Shown here piece by piece: positions 1 to 9,178 of a stretch of 64,000 nucleotides of DNA. The number at the start of each line of letters is the position of its first letter. The first letter of the stretch is position 1. A model generated the notes under the pieces. The model searched no databases. It worked only from the letters and a program-made list of their open reading frames with translations, and was not told the DNA's origin. The translations under genes and the position numbers were made by a program. Source of the DNA: Bdellovibrionales bacterium (GTDB taxonomy: Bacteria > Bdellovibrionota > Bdellovibrionia > Bdellovibrionales > UBA1609); NCBI GenBank assembly GCA_965261545.1, contig CBDHDF010000004.1:64001-128000 (forward strand), given 5' to 3'.

Positions 1-2
1 AA

Positions 3-1061
3 TACTTTCAAGACTTTCAAGGTGTTCTTTACAACAATGAGGGTTCTGTTCTCAGTCAACTTCAAAGTCTTCTAGAACGAGGTCAACAACTTCAGGGTCA
101 GGACCCCCAGTGCCAGGACCCTCAACTGGTCGCTCAATTCAAAGACCTTCACCAAGCCAAAACTCTTATTGAAGAGAGTGTTTACGAAATGCGTAACTAC
201 GAGAAACAATGGACCCTCGACCCTGAGGCACTCAATGAGCACGAAGAGAGGCTGAGTCGGCTTCGCAGGCTCCAAAAGAAATATGGAAAAAGTGTTAAAG
301 AAATCTTACAGAGTTTGGCAAGAATTGAAGGAGAGATATCAAGTATTGAAGACTCAGATGACAAAATTGACTTTTTAAATCAAGAGAGAGACCTGCTTAT
401 TCAGGACACTCATAAACTTTGTGGGGAGCTTCATCAAAAGCGCATGTCGGGGGCTCTTCAGTTGAGTGCCAAGGTCAATAAAGAACTTCTGGATCTTAAC
501 ATGAAAGGGATGACCTTTGATGTGAAGGTGGAGAAGTTGGATAAGTTGCAAGCTACGGGAACCACCCAAATTGAATTTGTCATTAGGTCCTCTCAAAAGG
601 ACTCTTGGAAACCTATTGCAAAAATTGCCAGTGGAGGAGAGCTAAGTCGTATTCTCTTATCGTTCAAGCGTATTACAAGTGAGTCTCAGCAGTATCCAAG
701 GACCTACCTTTTTGATGAGGTGGATTCAGGGGTGAGTGGCTTAACCGCCGAAAAAGTGGGGTGTAAGCTCAAAGCCATGGCTCAAGGGCAACAGGTTATT
801 TGCGTCACCCATCTTGCCCAGGTGGCGGCCTTTGCCGACCATCACTACGTTATTGAAAAGAGGGCCACACCTATGGGGGTGCATATGACGATTCATCATC
901 TTGAAGTCAAGGATCAGGTCAAAGAAATTGCAAGACTTATTTCAGGCGAGGAAATCACTCAAACAAGCCTAGATCATGCCAAGCAGCTATTGCGTTCTCA
1001 ATCTGTGTCTTCGCAACCTGTGCCTTTAGAGCCGGCGTCTTCGCAACCCGTGGATATCTAA
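3..1061 (+). CDS. recN: DNA repair protein RecN (5'-truncated by window edge)
   Basis: Frame is open from base 3; C-terminal KIASGGELSR, YLFDEVDSGVSG and QVICVTHLAQVAA motifs of RecN. Confidence 0.95.
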   Translation, partial: YFQDFQGVLYNNEGSVLSQLQSLLERGQQLQGQDPQCQDPQLVAQFKDLHQAKTLIEESVYEMRNYEKQWTLDPEALNEHEERLSRLRRLQKKYGKSVKEILQSLARIEGEISSIEDSDDKIDFLNQERDLLIQDTHKLCGELHQKRMSGALQLSAKVNKELLDLNMKGMTFDVKVEKLDKLQATGTTQIEFVIRSSQKDSWKPIAKIASGGELSRILLSFKRITSESQQYPRTYLFDEVDSGVSGLTAEKVGCKLKAMAQGQQVICVTHLAQVAAFADHHYVIEKRATPMGVHMTIHHLEVKDQVKEIARLISGEEITQTSLDHAKQLLRSQSVSSQPVPLEPASSQPVDI

Positions 1062-1218
1062 AGTCATTTGCGCTTATATGACTTACATTCCCATCTATTT
1101 GCACTCATGGCGACTGCGGTATAGTCATTTGCAATGGTGCTTGCACTTGTCTTTGGCAAGAGTTATCGTAACAGCCACTGGGCTTGTCGTCAAAGCGGAT
1201 ATCTCTAAGTGGCCACCT

Positions 1219-1311
1219 CAGTGAGATCGATCAGACCGATGAAGTGAAACGGATCAAGTGAGATCATCAATGAGACCGATTAAGTGAAGCCAGTTAAGTG
1301 GAGCCAATGTG
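1219..1311 (+). repeat. Degenerate ~13-14 bp tandem repeat (AAGTGARRCSRAT-like) ending in the nuoA RBS/start
   Basis: Units aagtgaaacggatc / aagtgagatcatc / aatgagaccgatt / aagtgaagccagtt / aagtggagccaatg. Confidence 0.6.
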
Positions 1312-1689
1312 AATGAATTGATACCTATACTGATATTGACCCTATTTGTTATTGCCTTTGGTGGGGGGCTTTTGTACGTCTTTTCTCTTTTGGGTCCCAA
1401 AGTGAAGTCCACTGTCAAGGACTCCACCTACGAATGTGGTCTCGACGTTCAAACCACAGGGCACACACAAATTCCCGTTAAATTTTATTTAACGGCTATT
1501 TTATTTATCTTATTCGATATTGAGATTATCTTTATGTATCCATGGGCTGTGACTTATTTGGACTTTGTCGATAACGGAGCGGGCCTTTATATCTTGGGTG
1601 TCATGGGGGCTTTTTTATTCATTTTTATTTTTGGGTTGTTTTGGGAGATCAAATCCAGAGCTTTGGAGTGGGACTCAGATGGGCACTGA
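1309..1689 (+). CDS. nuoA: NADH-quinone oxidoreductase subunit A
   Basis: YECG, FYLTAILFILFDIEIIFMYPWA, ALEW motifs; 3 TM segments. Confidence 0.95.
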   Translation: MNELIPILILTLFVIAFGGGLLYVFSLLGPKVKSTVKDSTYECGLDVQTTGHTQIPVKFYLTAILFILFDIEIIFMYPWAVTYLDFVDNGAGLYILGVMGAFLFIFIFGLFWEIKSRALEWDSDGH

Positions 1690-2824
1690 TGTATTTGAGA
1701 TTTCTGTCAATTTCCTCAAGATGGTGGCCATATTTCTTATGATGGTGCAACTTGTTCCCCTACTTGTGTGGGTGGAAAGGCGTGGATCGGCTTTGATTCA
1801 AAATCGCTTGGGTCCAAATAGGGTGGGACCCTTGGGGTTGACGCAACTTCTTGCCGATGCTGTGAAATTTATATTTAAAGAGGAGTTTATTCCTGGAGAT
1901 AGCAAAAAGTTTTTATTTTACGCCGCTCCTGTGGTTTCTCTCATTCCTGGGGCTCTGGCCTTTGGTTCCATTCCTCTGTCCCTTCCCATTTACATTCAGC
2001 CCTTTGAAATGTTGGGGCAAAGTTTTGGTCCCTACAGGTTTGCCTTTCAGAGTTTTGAAATAGGAATTGGGGTTGTCTTTGTTCTAGGGGTTTCCTCTCT
2101 TGCTGCTTACTCCCTTCTTCTCGCGGGCTGGGCTTCTTCCAATAAATATGCCATGCTTGGGGCCCTTAGGGCCTGTGCCCAAACCATAAGCTATGAGTTG
2201 GGCCTTGGGCTTTCCATTGTGGGTGTTCTCCTTCTTTACAATACCTTTGATTTTGCCGAAATGATTTCGGCTCAAACAGGGCCATTGAGTTTTATGTTTT
2301 TTGGTTCCTCTGTAGAGGTTCCCTTTCTCCCGAATTGGGGAATTTTCTATCAACCCATTGGTGCTTTTTTGTTCTTGGTGGCTGTTTTTGCCGAGACCAA
2401 TCGGGCCCCTTTTGACCTCCCTGAGGCTGAAGGAGAACTCGTGGCGGGGTTTCACACCGAGTACAGTGGGTTTAAAATGAATATGTTTTATATTGGAGAA
2501 TATGGACACATGATGGTGGCCTCAGCCCTGTTTGCCACCTTTTATCTAGGGGGATACTATATTCCCTTTGTGGCTCCAGAGATAATCCAAGGTTTTTTAA
2601 GTCAACATTTCAGTGACAATTTGACCTCCATCATCACGGCTTTTCTTTTCCATGGGGTCTTGCTCGTCAAGGTTCTTTTTCTTCTTTGGCTGTTTGTTTG
2701 GGTGAGGTGGACAGTGCCTCGATTTAGATATGACCAATTGATGTCTTTGGGGTGGAAGACATTGCTGCCCTGGGCTCTGGGCAATACCATAGTGACAGCT
2801 CTTGTCATTTATGCGATGAGGTAA
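1679..2824 (+). CDS. nuoH: NADH-quinone oxidoreductase subunit H
   Basis: ERR..IQNRLGPNRVGP, ADAVKFIFKE, AETNRAPFDLPEAEGELVAGFHTEYSG, PRFRYDQLM; ATG 1679 overlaps nuoA end. Confidence 0.95.
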   Translation: MGTDVFEISVNFLKMVAIFLMMVQLVPLLVWVERRGSALIQNRLGPNRVGPLGLTQLLADAVKFIFKEEFIPGDSKKFLFYAAPVVSLIPGALAFGSIPLSLPIYIQPFEMLGQSFGPYRFAFQSFEIGIGVVFVLGVSSLAAYSLLLAGWASSNKYAMLGALRACAQTISYELGLGLSIVGVLLLYNTFDFAEMISAQTGPLSFMFFGSSVEVPFLPNWGIFYQPIGAFLFLVAVFAETNRAPFDLPEAEGELVAGFHTEYSGFKMNMFYIGEYGHMMVASALFATFYLGGYYIPFVAPEIIQGFLSQHFSDNLTSIITAFLFHGVLLVKVLFLLWLFVWVRWTVPRFRYDQLMSLGWKTLLPWALGNTIVTALVIYAMR

Positions 2825-2828
2825 TCAT

Positions 2829-3386
2829 ATGGATGCATTGAGTTTTTTGTTTTACATTATTGCCACAGTGATCGTGTTAAGCGCCCTCTCGGTGATACTT
2901 TCTAAAAATCCACTTCACTCCGCTTTATTTTTGGTCATCACCATGGTGTCTTTGGCCTTTATATTTTTCTTGCTCAAAGCACCTTTTCTTGCCGGAGTGC
3001 AGCTTGTTGTCTATGCGGGGGCCGTTATGGTCCTTTTTGTGATGGTGCTTATGTTGTTTGACCTCAAGCCAAGAGCAGGGGAAGAAAATAAGATTTTCAC
3101 AGGAAGTTCCTTTTCCAGGCTGCTTAAAGTTGTTGCTGTGGCTTGGTTGGGGGGCTTGATTCTTGGTGTTATTTACATGTCTATGGGGATGACTTCTTCC
3201 AATTCACCTGCTTTCACATTGGCATTGGAGGAAGATATTGGCAACAGTAGTGTCAAGGCTCTTGGGCGAACCCTCTTCACAGAGTATGTTTTTGCTTTTG
3301 AAGCTTTGGGCTTGTTGCTTCTTTTCATTGCCATTGGAGTTGTGGCCATGGCTCGCATGAAAGGGGGAACCCATGCCAAATCTTGA
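2829..3386 (+). CDS. nuoJ: NADH-quinone oxidoreductase subunit J
   Basis: [38 protein letters not shown]. Confidence 0.95.
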   Translation: MDALSFLFYIIATVIVLSALSVILSKNPLHSALFLVITMVSLAFIFFLLKAPFLAGVQLVVYAGAVMVLFVMVLMLFDLKPRAGEENKIFTGSSFSRLLKVVAVAWLGGLILGVIYMSMGMTSSNSPAFTLALEEDIGNSSVKALGRTLFTEYVFAFEALGLLLLFIAIGVVAMARMKGGTHAKS

Positions 3387-3729
3387 TATGCTTTTCCATG
3401 AGTCCACATGGCACACTTTATTTTTTGGCATTGGGTTGAACCACTATCTTGTGCTCTCGGCGATTTTATTTGCCATTGGCACCATGGGTGTTCTTGTACG
3501 CAAAAATGTGCTTGTCATTATGATGAGCATTGAGTTGATGCTCAATGCTGCCAACATCTCTTTTGTTGCTTTCAGTCATTTTTCTGGAAATATCAATGGT
3601 CAGGTCATGGTCTTTTTTATAATGACTGTGGCAGCTGCTGAGGCTGGTGTTGGCTTGGCCTTGGCTGTGGCTATTTTTAAACGATTTAAAGAAGTCAATA
3701 TAGACCTTTTTGAACAGCTAAAGGGCTAA
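3373..3729 (+). CDS. nuoK: NADH-quinone oxidoreductase subunit K
   Basis: [22 protein letters not shown]. Confidence 0.95.
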   Translation: MPNLDMLFHESTWHTLFFGIGLNHYLVLSAILFAIGTMGVLVRKNVLVIMMSIELMLNAANISFVAFSHFSGNINGQVMVFFIMTVAAAEAGVGLALAVAIFKRFKEVNIDLFEQLKG

Positions 3730-3790
3730 TAAAGGCTAATAAATAATAAAGGCTATATAGCTATATAAAGGTTATAAGGGGCTAAATTTT

Positions 3791-5740
3791 ATGTCTTCAG
3801 AGATGCTTTCTCACATTTTAGTTTCCCTTTTACTTTTTGCCCCTTTGTTGGGTTTTCTGGTCAATGGCTGTCGCTACAAAAGTCAAAATGGGCTCTTGGC
3901 AGGAGTTATTGCTTCGGGGGCTGTGGTTATTTCACTGTTGGCCTCCCTAGGGCTTTGGTTTCAACTCCTGGGAATGCCTGAAGGTCGTGGGCGTCGTATT
4001 GCAGTTCATTTTTTTGATTGGATAAGTGTGGGGGATTTTCAAGCCAAGGCTTCGTTTCTTGTAGACCCCCTCAGTCTTGTGATGCTTCTTGTGATTACGG
4101 GGGTGGGGCTTCTCATTCATATTTTTAGCATTGGTTATATGTCTGAAGATGATCGGCCGGCCAAGTATTTTGCCTATCTCAATTTATTTCTTTTTAATAT
4201 GCTGGTTCTCGTTTTGGGAGACAACCTTCTCGTTATGTTTGTGGGTTGGGAGGGAGTGGGACTTTGCTCCTATCTTCTCATTGGATTTTGGTTCACAGAT
4301 TCCCAAAAGGCAAATGCGGGGATGAAGGCTTTTATCACCAATAGAATTGGGGATGCGGGTTTTCTTTTAGGTATTTTCACCCTATTTATGGCATTGGGAA
4401 CCATTGAGTTTACGGAACTTTTGTCTTCTGCCTCATCTGGGGTTCCCGAAAATGGCTGGGGGGGACCTCTCACATGGGCTTGCCTGTTTCTATTTATTGG
4501 AGCCACAGGTAAATCCGCACAGATTCCCCTTTATGTCTGGCTCCCCGATGCCATGGCTGGGCCGACGCCCGTATCGGCTCTTATCCACGCTGCCACCATG
4601 GTCACTGCTGGAGTTTATATGATTGTTCGCTTGGACGCTGTGTTTCTCATGGCTCCCCAGCTCATGGCTGTCATTGCTGTCATAGGAGGTCTTACGGCTT
4701 TGATGGCGGCCTCCATAGGGATGACTCAATGGGATATCAAGAAAGTTCTTGCTTATTCCACGGTTTCTCAGTTGGGTTATATGTTTCTTGCTGTGGGAGT
4801 GGGGGCTTTTATGCCAGCTCTCTTTCACCTGATGACCCACGCTTTTTTTAAAGCCCTGATGTTTTTAGGTTCTGGAAGTGTCATTCATGCCATGAATGGA
4901 GAGCAAGACATAAGAAAAATGGGGGGGCTTAAGAAAATCATGCCCATCACTCACATCACCTTTCTCATCGGCTGGTTGGCCATCATTGGTATTCCTCCCC
5001 TCGCGGGCTTTTTTAGTAAGGATGAAATTCTTTGGTACTCTTTTGTAAGCCCTCTGGGAAGTCCCTTTTTATGGTTGATAGGTGTGGTGGGGGCTGGTAT
5101 GACAGCCTTTTATATGACTCGCCTCATGGCCCTCACTTTTTGGGGTGAAAGTCGGGTGCCTAAGGAGATTCATCCCCATGAATCGCCTCGGGTGATGACC
5201 GTTCCTTTGATATTTCTTGCTTTTTTATCCATTGTTGGTGGTTGGTTGGGAATTCCCCATGTGATTTCAGCTGTTCTTCCGGGGCATCCGTCCCATATTT
5301 TAGAGCACTGGTTGGCCCCCCTTGTAAGCACTGTGGATCTTGGAACTCCTTCAGTGACTTTGGAGTGGATACTCATAGGTTTTTCTGTTCTTTTAGCCAT
5401 AGCTTGTGGAGCCTTTGCCTACCATCTTTATATTGATAACCCTGATCAACCCAAGAGGTTGGTTCAAAAGATTCATCCACTTTACAGGCTCGTTCACAAT
5501 AAATACTTTGTGGATGAAATTTATATGGGAAAAATCGTGAGCCCCCTTGTGGATATCAGCAAAGGTCTTTGGTTTTATATTGATGTGAACCTTATTGATA
5601 GGGTTACATATGTGTTGACAGATTTTATGAAGAACTGTGGTGGCGGTTTACGTCTGTTACAAAATGGAAATATGCAACAGTACGCTTTCTATATTGTCTT
5701 GGGTCTTATTGGTATGATGACCATTATCTTTGTGGGGTGA
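3791..5740 (+). CDS. nuoL: NADH-quinone oxidoreductase subunit L
   Basis: GWEGVGLCSYLLIGFW, GKSAQIPLYVWLPDAMAGPTPVSALIHAATMV. Confidence 0.97.
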   Translation: MSSEMLSHILVSLLLFAPLLGFLVNGCRYKSQNGLLAGVIASGAVVISLLASLGLWFQLLGMPEGRGRRIAVHFFDWISVGDFQAKASFLVDPLSLVMLLVITGVGLLIHIFSIGYMSEDDRPAKYFAYLNLFLFNMLVLVLGDNLLVMFVGWEGVGLCSYLLIGFWFTDSQKANAGMKAFITNRIGDAGFLLGIFTLFMALGTIEFTELLSSASSGVPENGWGGPLTWACLFLFIGATGKSAQIPLYVWLPDAMAGPTPVSALIHAATMVTAGVYMIVRLDAVFLMAPQLMAVIAVIGGLTALMAASIGMTQWDIKKVLAYSTVSQLGYMFLAVGVGAFMPALFHLMTHAFFKALMFLGSGSVIHAMNGEQDIRKMGGLKKIMPITHITFLIGWLAIIGIPPLAGFFSKDEILWYSFVSPLGSPFLWLIGVVGAGMTAFYMTRLMALTFWGESRVPKEIHPHESPRVMTVPLIFLAFLSIVGGWLGIPHVISAVLPGHPSHILEHWLAPLVSTVDLGTPSVTLEWILIGFSVLLAIACGAFAYHLYIDNPDQPKRLVQKIHPLYRLVHNKYFVDEIYMGKIVSPLVDISKGLWFYIDVNLIDRVTYVLTDFMKNCGGGLRLLQNGNMQQYAFYIVLGLIGMMTIIFVG

Positions 5741-5832
5741 GTGAATCATGTGTGGAGTCAGCGAGCCGTTTTGTGGAGTTAATGAACTATTTTATTTGGG
5801 GTAAATAAACTGTTTTGTGGAGTTTGTGAATC

Positions 5833-7368
5833 ATGTTGTTATCTTTGATTATTTTCTTACCATCTTTGTTTGCTCTCTTTATTTGGCTTTTTCCCCAAGA
5901 AAAAGAGAAGTGGATTCGCCCCACGGCTTTGACCTTTGCCCTCGTAGAATTTCTCTTAAGTCTTGTGATTTTAAATCGCTTTCACCCCAGCCACCCCGGC
6001 TTGCAGCTGACCGAGCGTATGCCTTGGGTGGACTCTTTCGGTATCAGTTATTTCGTAGGTATTGACGGGATTTCTCTGTGGCTTGTGCTTCTTACCACTT
6101 TTCTCACCCCTCTTACTATTGCAGGGAGTTGGACATCTGTGGTGGAAAAAGTGCGGGGTTTTCACATATGTCTTTTTCTCTTACAAACCACGGTTTTGGG
6201 CACTTTTCTCGCTATGGATGCCATTTTATTTTACGTCTTTTTTGAAGCCTCCCTTGTGCCCATGTATTTCATTATTGGTATATGGGGGGGGGCAAGGCGT
6301 ATTTATGCCACAATTAAGTTTTTTATTTTCACTATGGCGGGTTCTGTTTTCTTACTCCTAGGGATTATTGCTTTGATGCTTATGACCCAGACCCTTCCTG
6401 GAGGAGGAATGAGTGCCAGTTTGTTGGATTTTTATAAACTCGATATTCCCTTTGTGGGGAATCAGTTTTTAAGTCTTCAAACACTTCTCTTTTTTGCAGT
6501 GTCCCTGGCTTTTGTCATCAAGGTGCCCATGTTTCCTTTTCACACATGGCTTCCCGATGCCCATGTGGAAGCTCCCACTCCAGGTTCTGTCATTCTTGCC
6601 GGTGTCCTGCTAAAACTTGGAACCTATGGTCTTTTAAGGTTTTCTATCCCCTTGTTCCCCCAAGCGACGGAGTACTTCGGGTGGATTTTTCTCCTTATGG
6701 CTGTTTTTGGCATTGTCTATGGGGCCTTGGTCGCCATGGTTCAACCTGATATGAAAAAACTTGTGGCTTACTCATCTGTTTCCCATATGGGCTATGTGGT
6801 TTTAGGGCTTTTTGTTCTCAATGAGTACAGTGTCACAGGAGGTATTTATCAGATGCTCAATCATGGGGTGAGTACAGGGGCCCTTTTCCTACTTGTTGGT
6901 ATGATTTACGAAAGAACTCACTCCCGTGAAATATCAAGGTACGGTGGTTTGGCCAAAGAGGCTCCTTTGTTTACCATTCTTTTTGTCATTGTCACCATGT
7001 CAAGTATTGCGGTTCCCCTTACCAATGGTTTTGTGGGTGAGTATCTCATTTTAATGGGAAGCTATATGGCTCACAAGCCCTATGGGATGATAGCTGTTCT
7101 TGGGGTTGTTTTGGGGGCCTCCTACATGTTGTGGATGGTAAAACGGGTTTTCTTTGGGGCCCCTGGGGAGCTTGTCCAAAAACATCGTGGACATTTAGAT
7201 ATTACGAAGAGGGAAATGGCCGTGATGGTTCCTCTGGTTGTTCTTATCTTTTGGATGGGCCTTTTTCCCAACCATTTTTTAGATTGGTCCAAGGCGAGCA
7301 TTTATCATATGGTGAAAAATAAAAATTCTTACGAACTATCTATTTATAACCCTATAAGAAAAAACTAG
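5833..7368 (+). CDS. nuoM: NADH-quinone oxidoreductase subunit M
   Basis: GIDGISL, PFHTWLPDAHVEAPT, KKLVAYSSVSHMG. Confidence 0.97.
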   Translation: MLLSLIIFLPSLFALFIWLFPQEKEKWIRPTALTFALVEFLLSLVILNRFHPSHPGLQLTERMPWVDSFGISYFVGIDGISLWLVLLTTFLTPLTIAGSWTSVVEKVRGFHICLFLLQTTVLGTFLAMDAILFYVFFEASLVPMYFIIGIWGGARRIYATIKFFIFTMAGSVFLLLGIIALMLMTQTLPGGGMSASLLDFYKLDIPFVGNQFLSLQTLLFFAVSLAFVIKVPMFPFHTWLPDAHVEAPTPGSVILAGVLLKLGTYGLLRFSIPLFPQATEYFGWIFLLMAVFGIVYGALVAMVQPDMKKLVAYSSVSHMGYVVLGLFVLNEYSVTGGIYQMLNHGVSTGALFLLVGMIYERTHSREISRYGGLAKEAPLFTILFVIVTMSSIAVPLTNGFVGEYLILMGSYMAHKPYGMIAVLGVVLGASYMLWMVKRVFFGAPGELVQKHRGHLDITKREMAVMVPLVVLIFWMGLFPNHFLDWSKASIYHMVKNKNSYELSIYNPIRKN

Positions 7369-7379
7369 GATACTCATTC

Positions 7380-8894
7380 ATGGACATTGCACTGAATGCC
7401 ATTGATTTATTTTTAGTGGCCCCCCTTATTTGCTTATTTTTAGGGAGTCTTATTCCCATAACGGTGAAGGTCCTCCGGGGAAACAAAGAAATGGCTCCTT
7501 TTCCAACGATTATTTATGGATTTATTGGGATTGTCTTGGCCACAGGTTTTCTCATTGCAGCTCAGTCGGTCAATACACTGGCTTTTTCAGGGGCTCTTGT
7601 CTACGATGGAATCACCATTTTTACAAGCCTTGTGGTCTTACTCATTACCGCCGTGACCCTCCTTTATTCCGGAGAAAATTCTGCCATTTGCAAGGAACAA
7701 TTTTCTGAATATGTCTTTCTCCTTCTTGGTTCCGCTATAGGAATGCTTATTGTGGTGGCTTCCAACGACCTTATCGTCACATTTATTGGTATTGAAATCA
7801 TGTCCCTTTGTCTTTATATGCTTATTGCCCTAGGTCGTGATCCCATTTTATCCAAGGAAGCGGCTTTGAAGTATTTTATTTTAGGAAGTTTTGCTTCAGC
7901 TATTTTCTTATATGGCATTGCTTTGGTTTACGGAAGTGTGGGTAGCACCTACCTTGGAGATATCGCCAAGGTGGCCTCCCTGTTGATGTCCTCCCACCGG
8001 ATTTTTGTTTTTGGAGCGGTGATGGTGATTCTGGGATTTGGCTTTAAGTTAGCTTTGGTTCCCTTTCATTCATGGGCCCCTGATGTCTACCAAGGCTCTC
8101 CCACGCCTTTGACAGGATTTATGGCCACAGGAGTAAAAATTGTTGTTTTTATGGCTTTTTTGCGTTGGCTTCTTACAGATATTCTTGTGGGGGATCGTTC
8201 TGTCATTCTTTTAAATGTCCTGGAATGGAGTGCTGTGCTGACCATGGTTGTGGGAAATGTAGCTGCTATTATGCAAGATAGCCTTAAAAGGATGCTTGCT
8301 TATTCGGGTATAGCCCACTCTGGTTATGCCATGATGGGGCTTCTTGCAGCAGCCGTGGGCTCTGTTGAAGGAGGGATCTTTGGAGCTTCGGGGCTTTTGT
8401 TTTACGTTTTTTCTTACACTATTATGACCCTGGGGGCTTTTGGGGTCGTAAGTCTCCTTGAAGTCCGTGAGAATAAGGTTTTTAGTATAGAAAATGACTT
8501 GAAAGGGCTTGGGAAAAATCGTCCTTGGTTGGCCTTAGGGATCACCCTGTTCATGCTAAGTCTTGCAGGGATACCGCCCACCCTTGGTTTTTTTGGTAAA
8601 TTCTTTCTTTTTTCTGCGGCTCTTAAGCAAGGCTTTTTCTGGCTTGTCATCTGGGGGGTTATAAGCTCTGTCATCAGTGTTTATTACTACCTAAGACCTG
8701 TTGTCTTTATGTATATGGTGAGGGAAACAGAAGAAAGGGATGTTAGAAAAAATGAACAAGCACCAGATTCTTCCAATGAAAAATTGATGACGCAAACATG
8801 TATTTGCTTGTCAGCTGTATTTGTGGTTGTGGCAGGTATGACTCTTGACCCTATCTATAAATATATTCAAGAGATTGTTTCAAGAATGTTCTAA
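7380..8894 (+). CDS. nuoN: NADH-quinone oxidoreductase subunit N
   Basis: EAALKYFILG, PFHSWAPDVYQGSPT, KRMLAYSGIAH, SLAGIPP, YYYLR. Confidence 0.96.
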   Translation: MDIALNAIDLFLVAPLICLFLGSLIPITVKVLRGNKEMAPFPTIIYGFIGIVLATGFLIAAQSVNTLAFSGALVYDGITIFTSLVVLLITAVTLLYSGENSAICKEQFSEYVFLLLGSAIGMLIVVASNDLIVTFIGIEIMSLCLYMLIALGRDPILSKEAALKYFILGSFASAIFLYGIALVYGSVGSTYLGDIAKVASLLMSSHRIFVFGAVMVILGFGFKLALVPFHSWAPDVYQGSPTPLTGFMATGVKIVVFMAFLRWLLTDILVGDRSVILLNVLEWSAVLTMVVGNVAAIMQDSLKRMLAYSGIAHSGYAMMGLLAAAVGSVEGGIFGASGLLFYVFSYTIMTLGAFGVVSLLEVRENKVFSIENDLKGLGKNRPWLALGITLFMLSLAGIPPTLGFFGKFFLFSAALKQGFFWLVIWGVISSVISVYYYLRPVVFMYMVRETEERDVRKNEQAPDSSNEKLMTQTCICLSAVFVVVAGMTLDPIYKYIQEIVSRMF

Positions 8895-9178
8895 CCTGGC
8901 GAAGTCAGAATTAAGAAATCAAGAATGAAGTCTTACACTCTAAGTCCAGTTGAAAAATAAAAAACTTCCATGAATAAAGCCCCCATGAAGATCATGTATG
9001 ACATGAGAACATGATCCTTTGAAGTAAGGCACTTTTTAATGTATTGAAATAACGTATTGAAAAAACTTATATCTTTTATCTCTTCTTTTTACTAAAGAAC
9101 CCGACCATTTATCGCCGAGTAAGTATTAACATTGACCAATATGAGAGAACTTCTTGAAGAGGTGGAGAGGATATATAG

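Noticed and set aside
1078..1224. 48-codon ORF between recN and nuoA
   Set aside because: No RBS or recognisable motif; lies in degenerate repetitive spacer DNA.
5730..5835. Spaced GTGGAGT motifs as a mini-CRISPR or operator array
   Set aside because: Units are degenerate tandem copies of the gene junction, without unique spacers.
9092..9122. Sigma-28-like promoter before lon (TAAAG..GCCGAGTA); GCCGAT also occurs upstream of clpP
   Set aside because: Spacing deviates from TAAA-N15-GCCGATAA; cannot be supported without TSS data.
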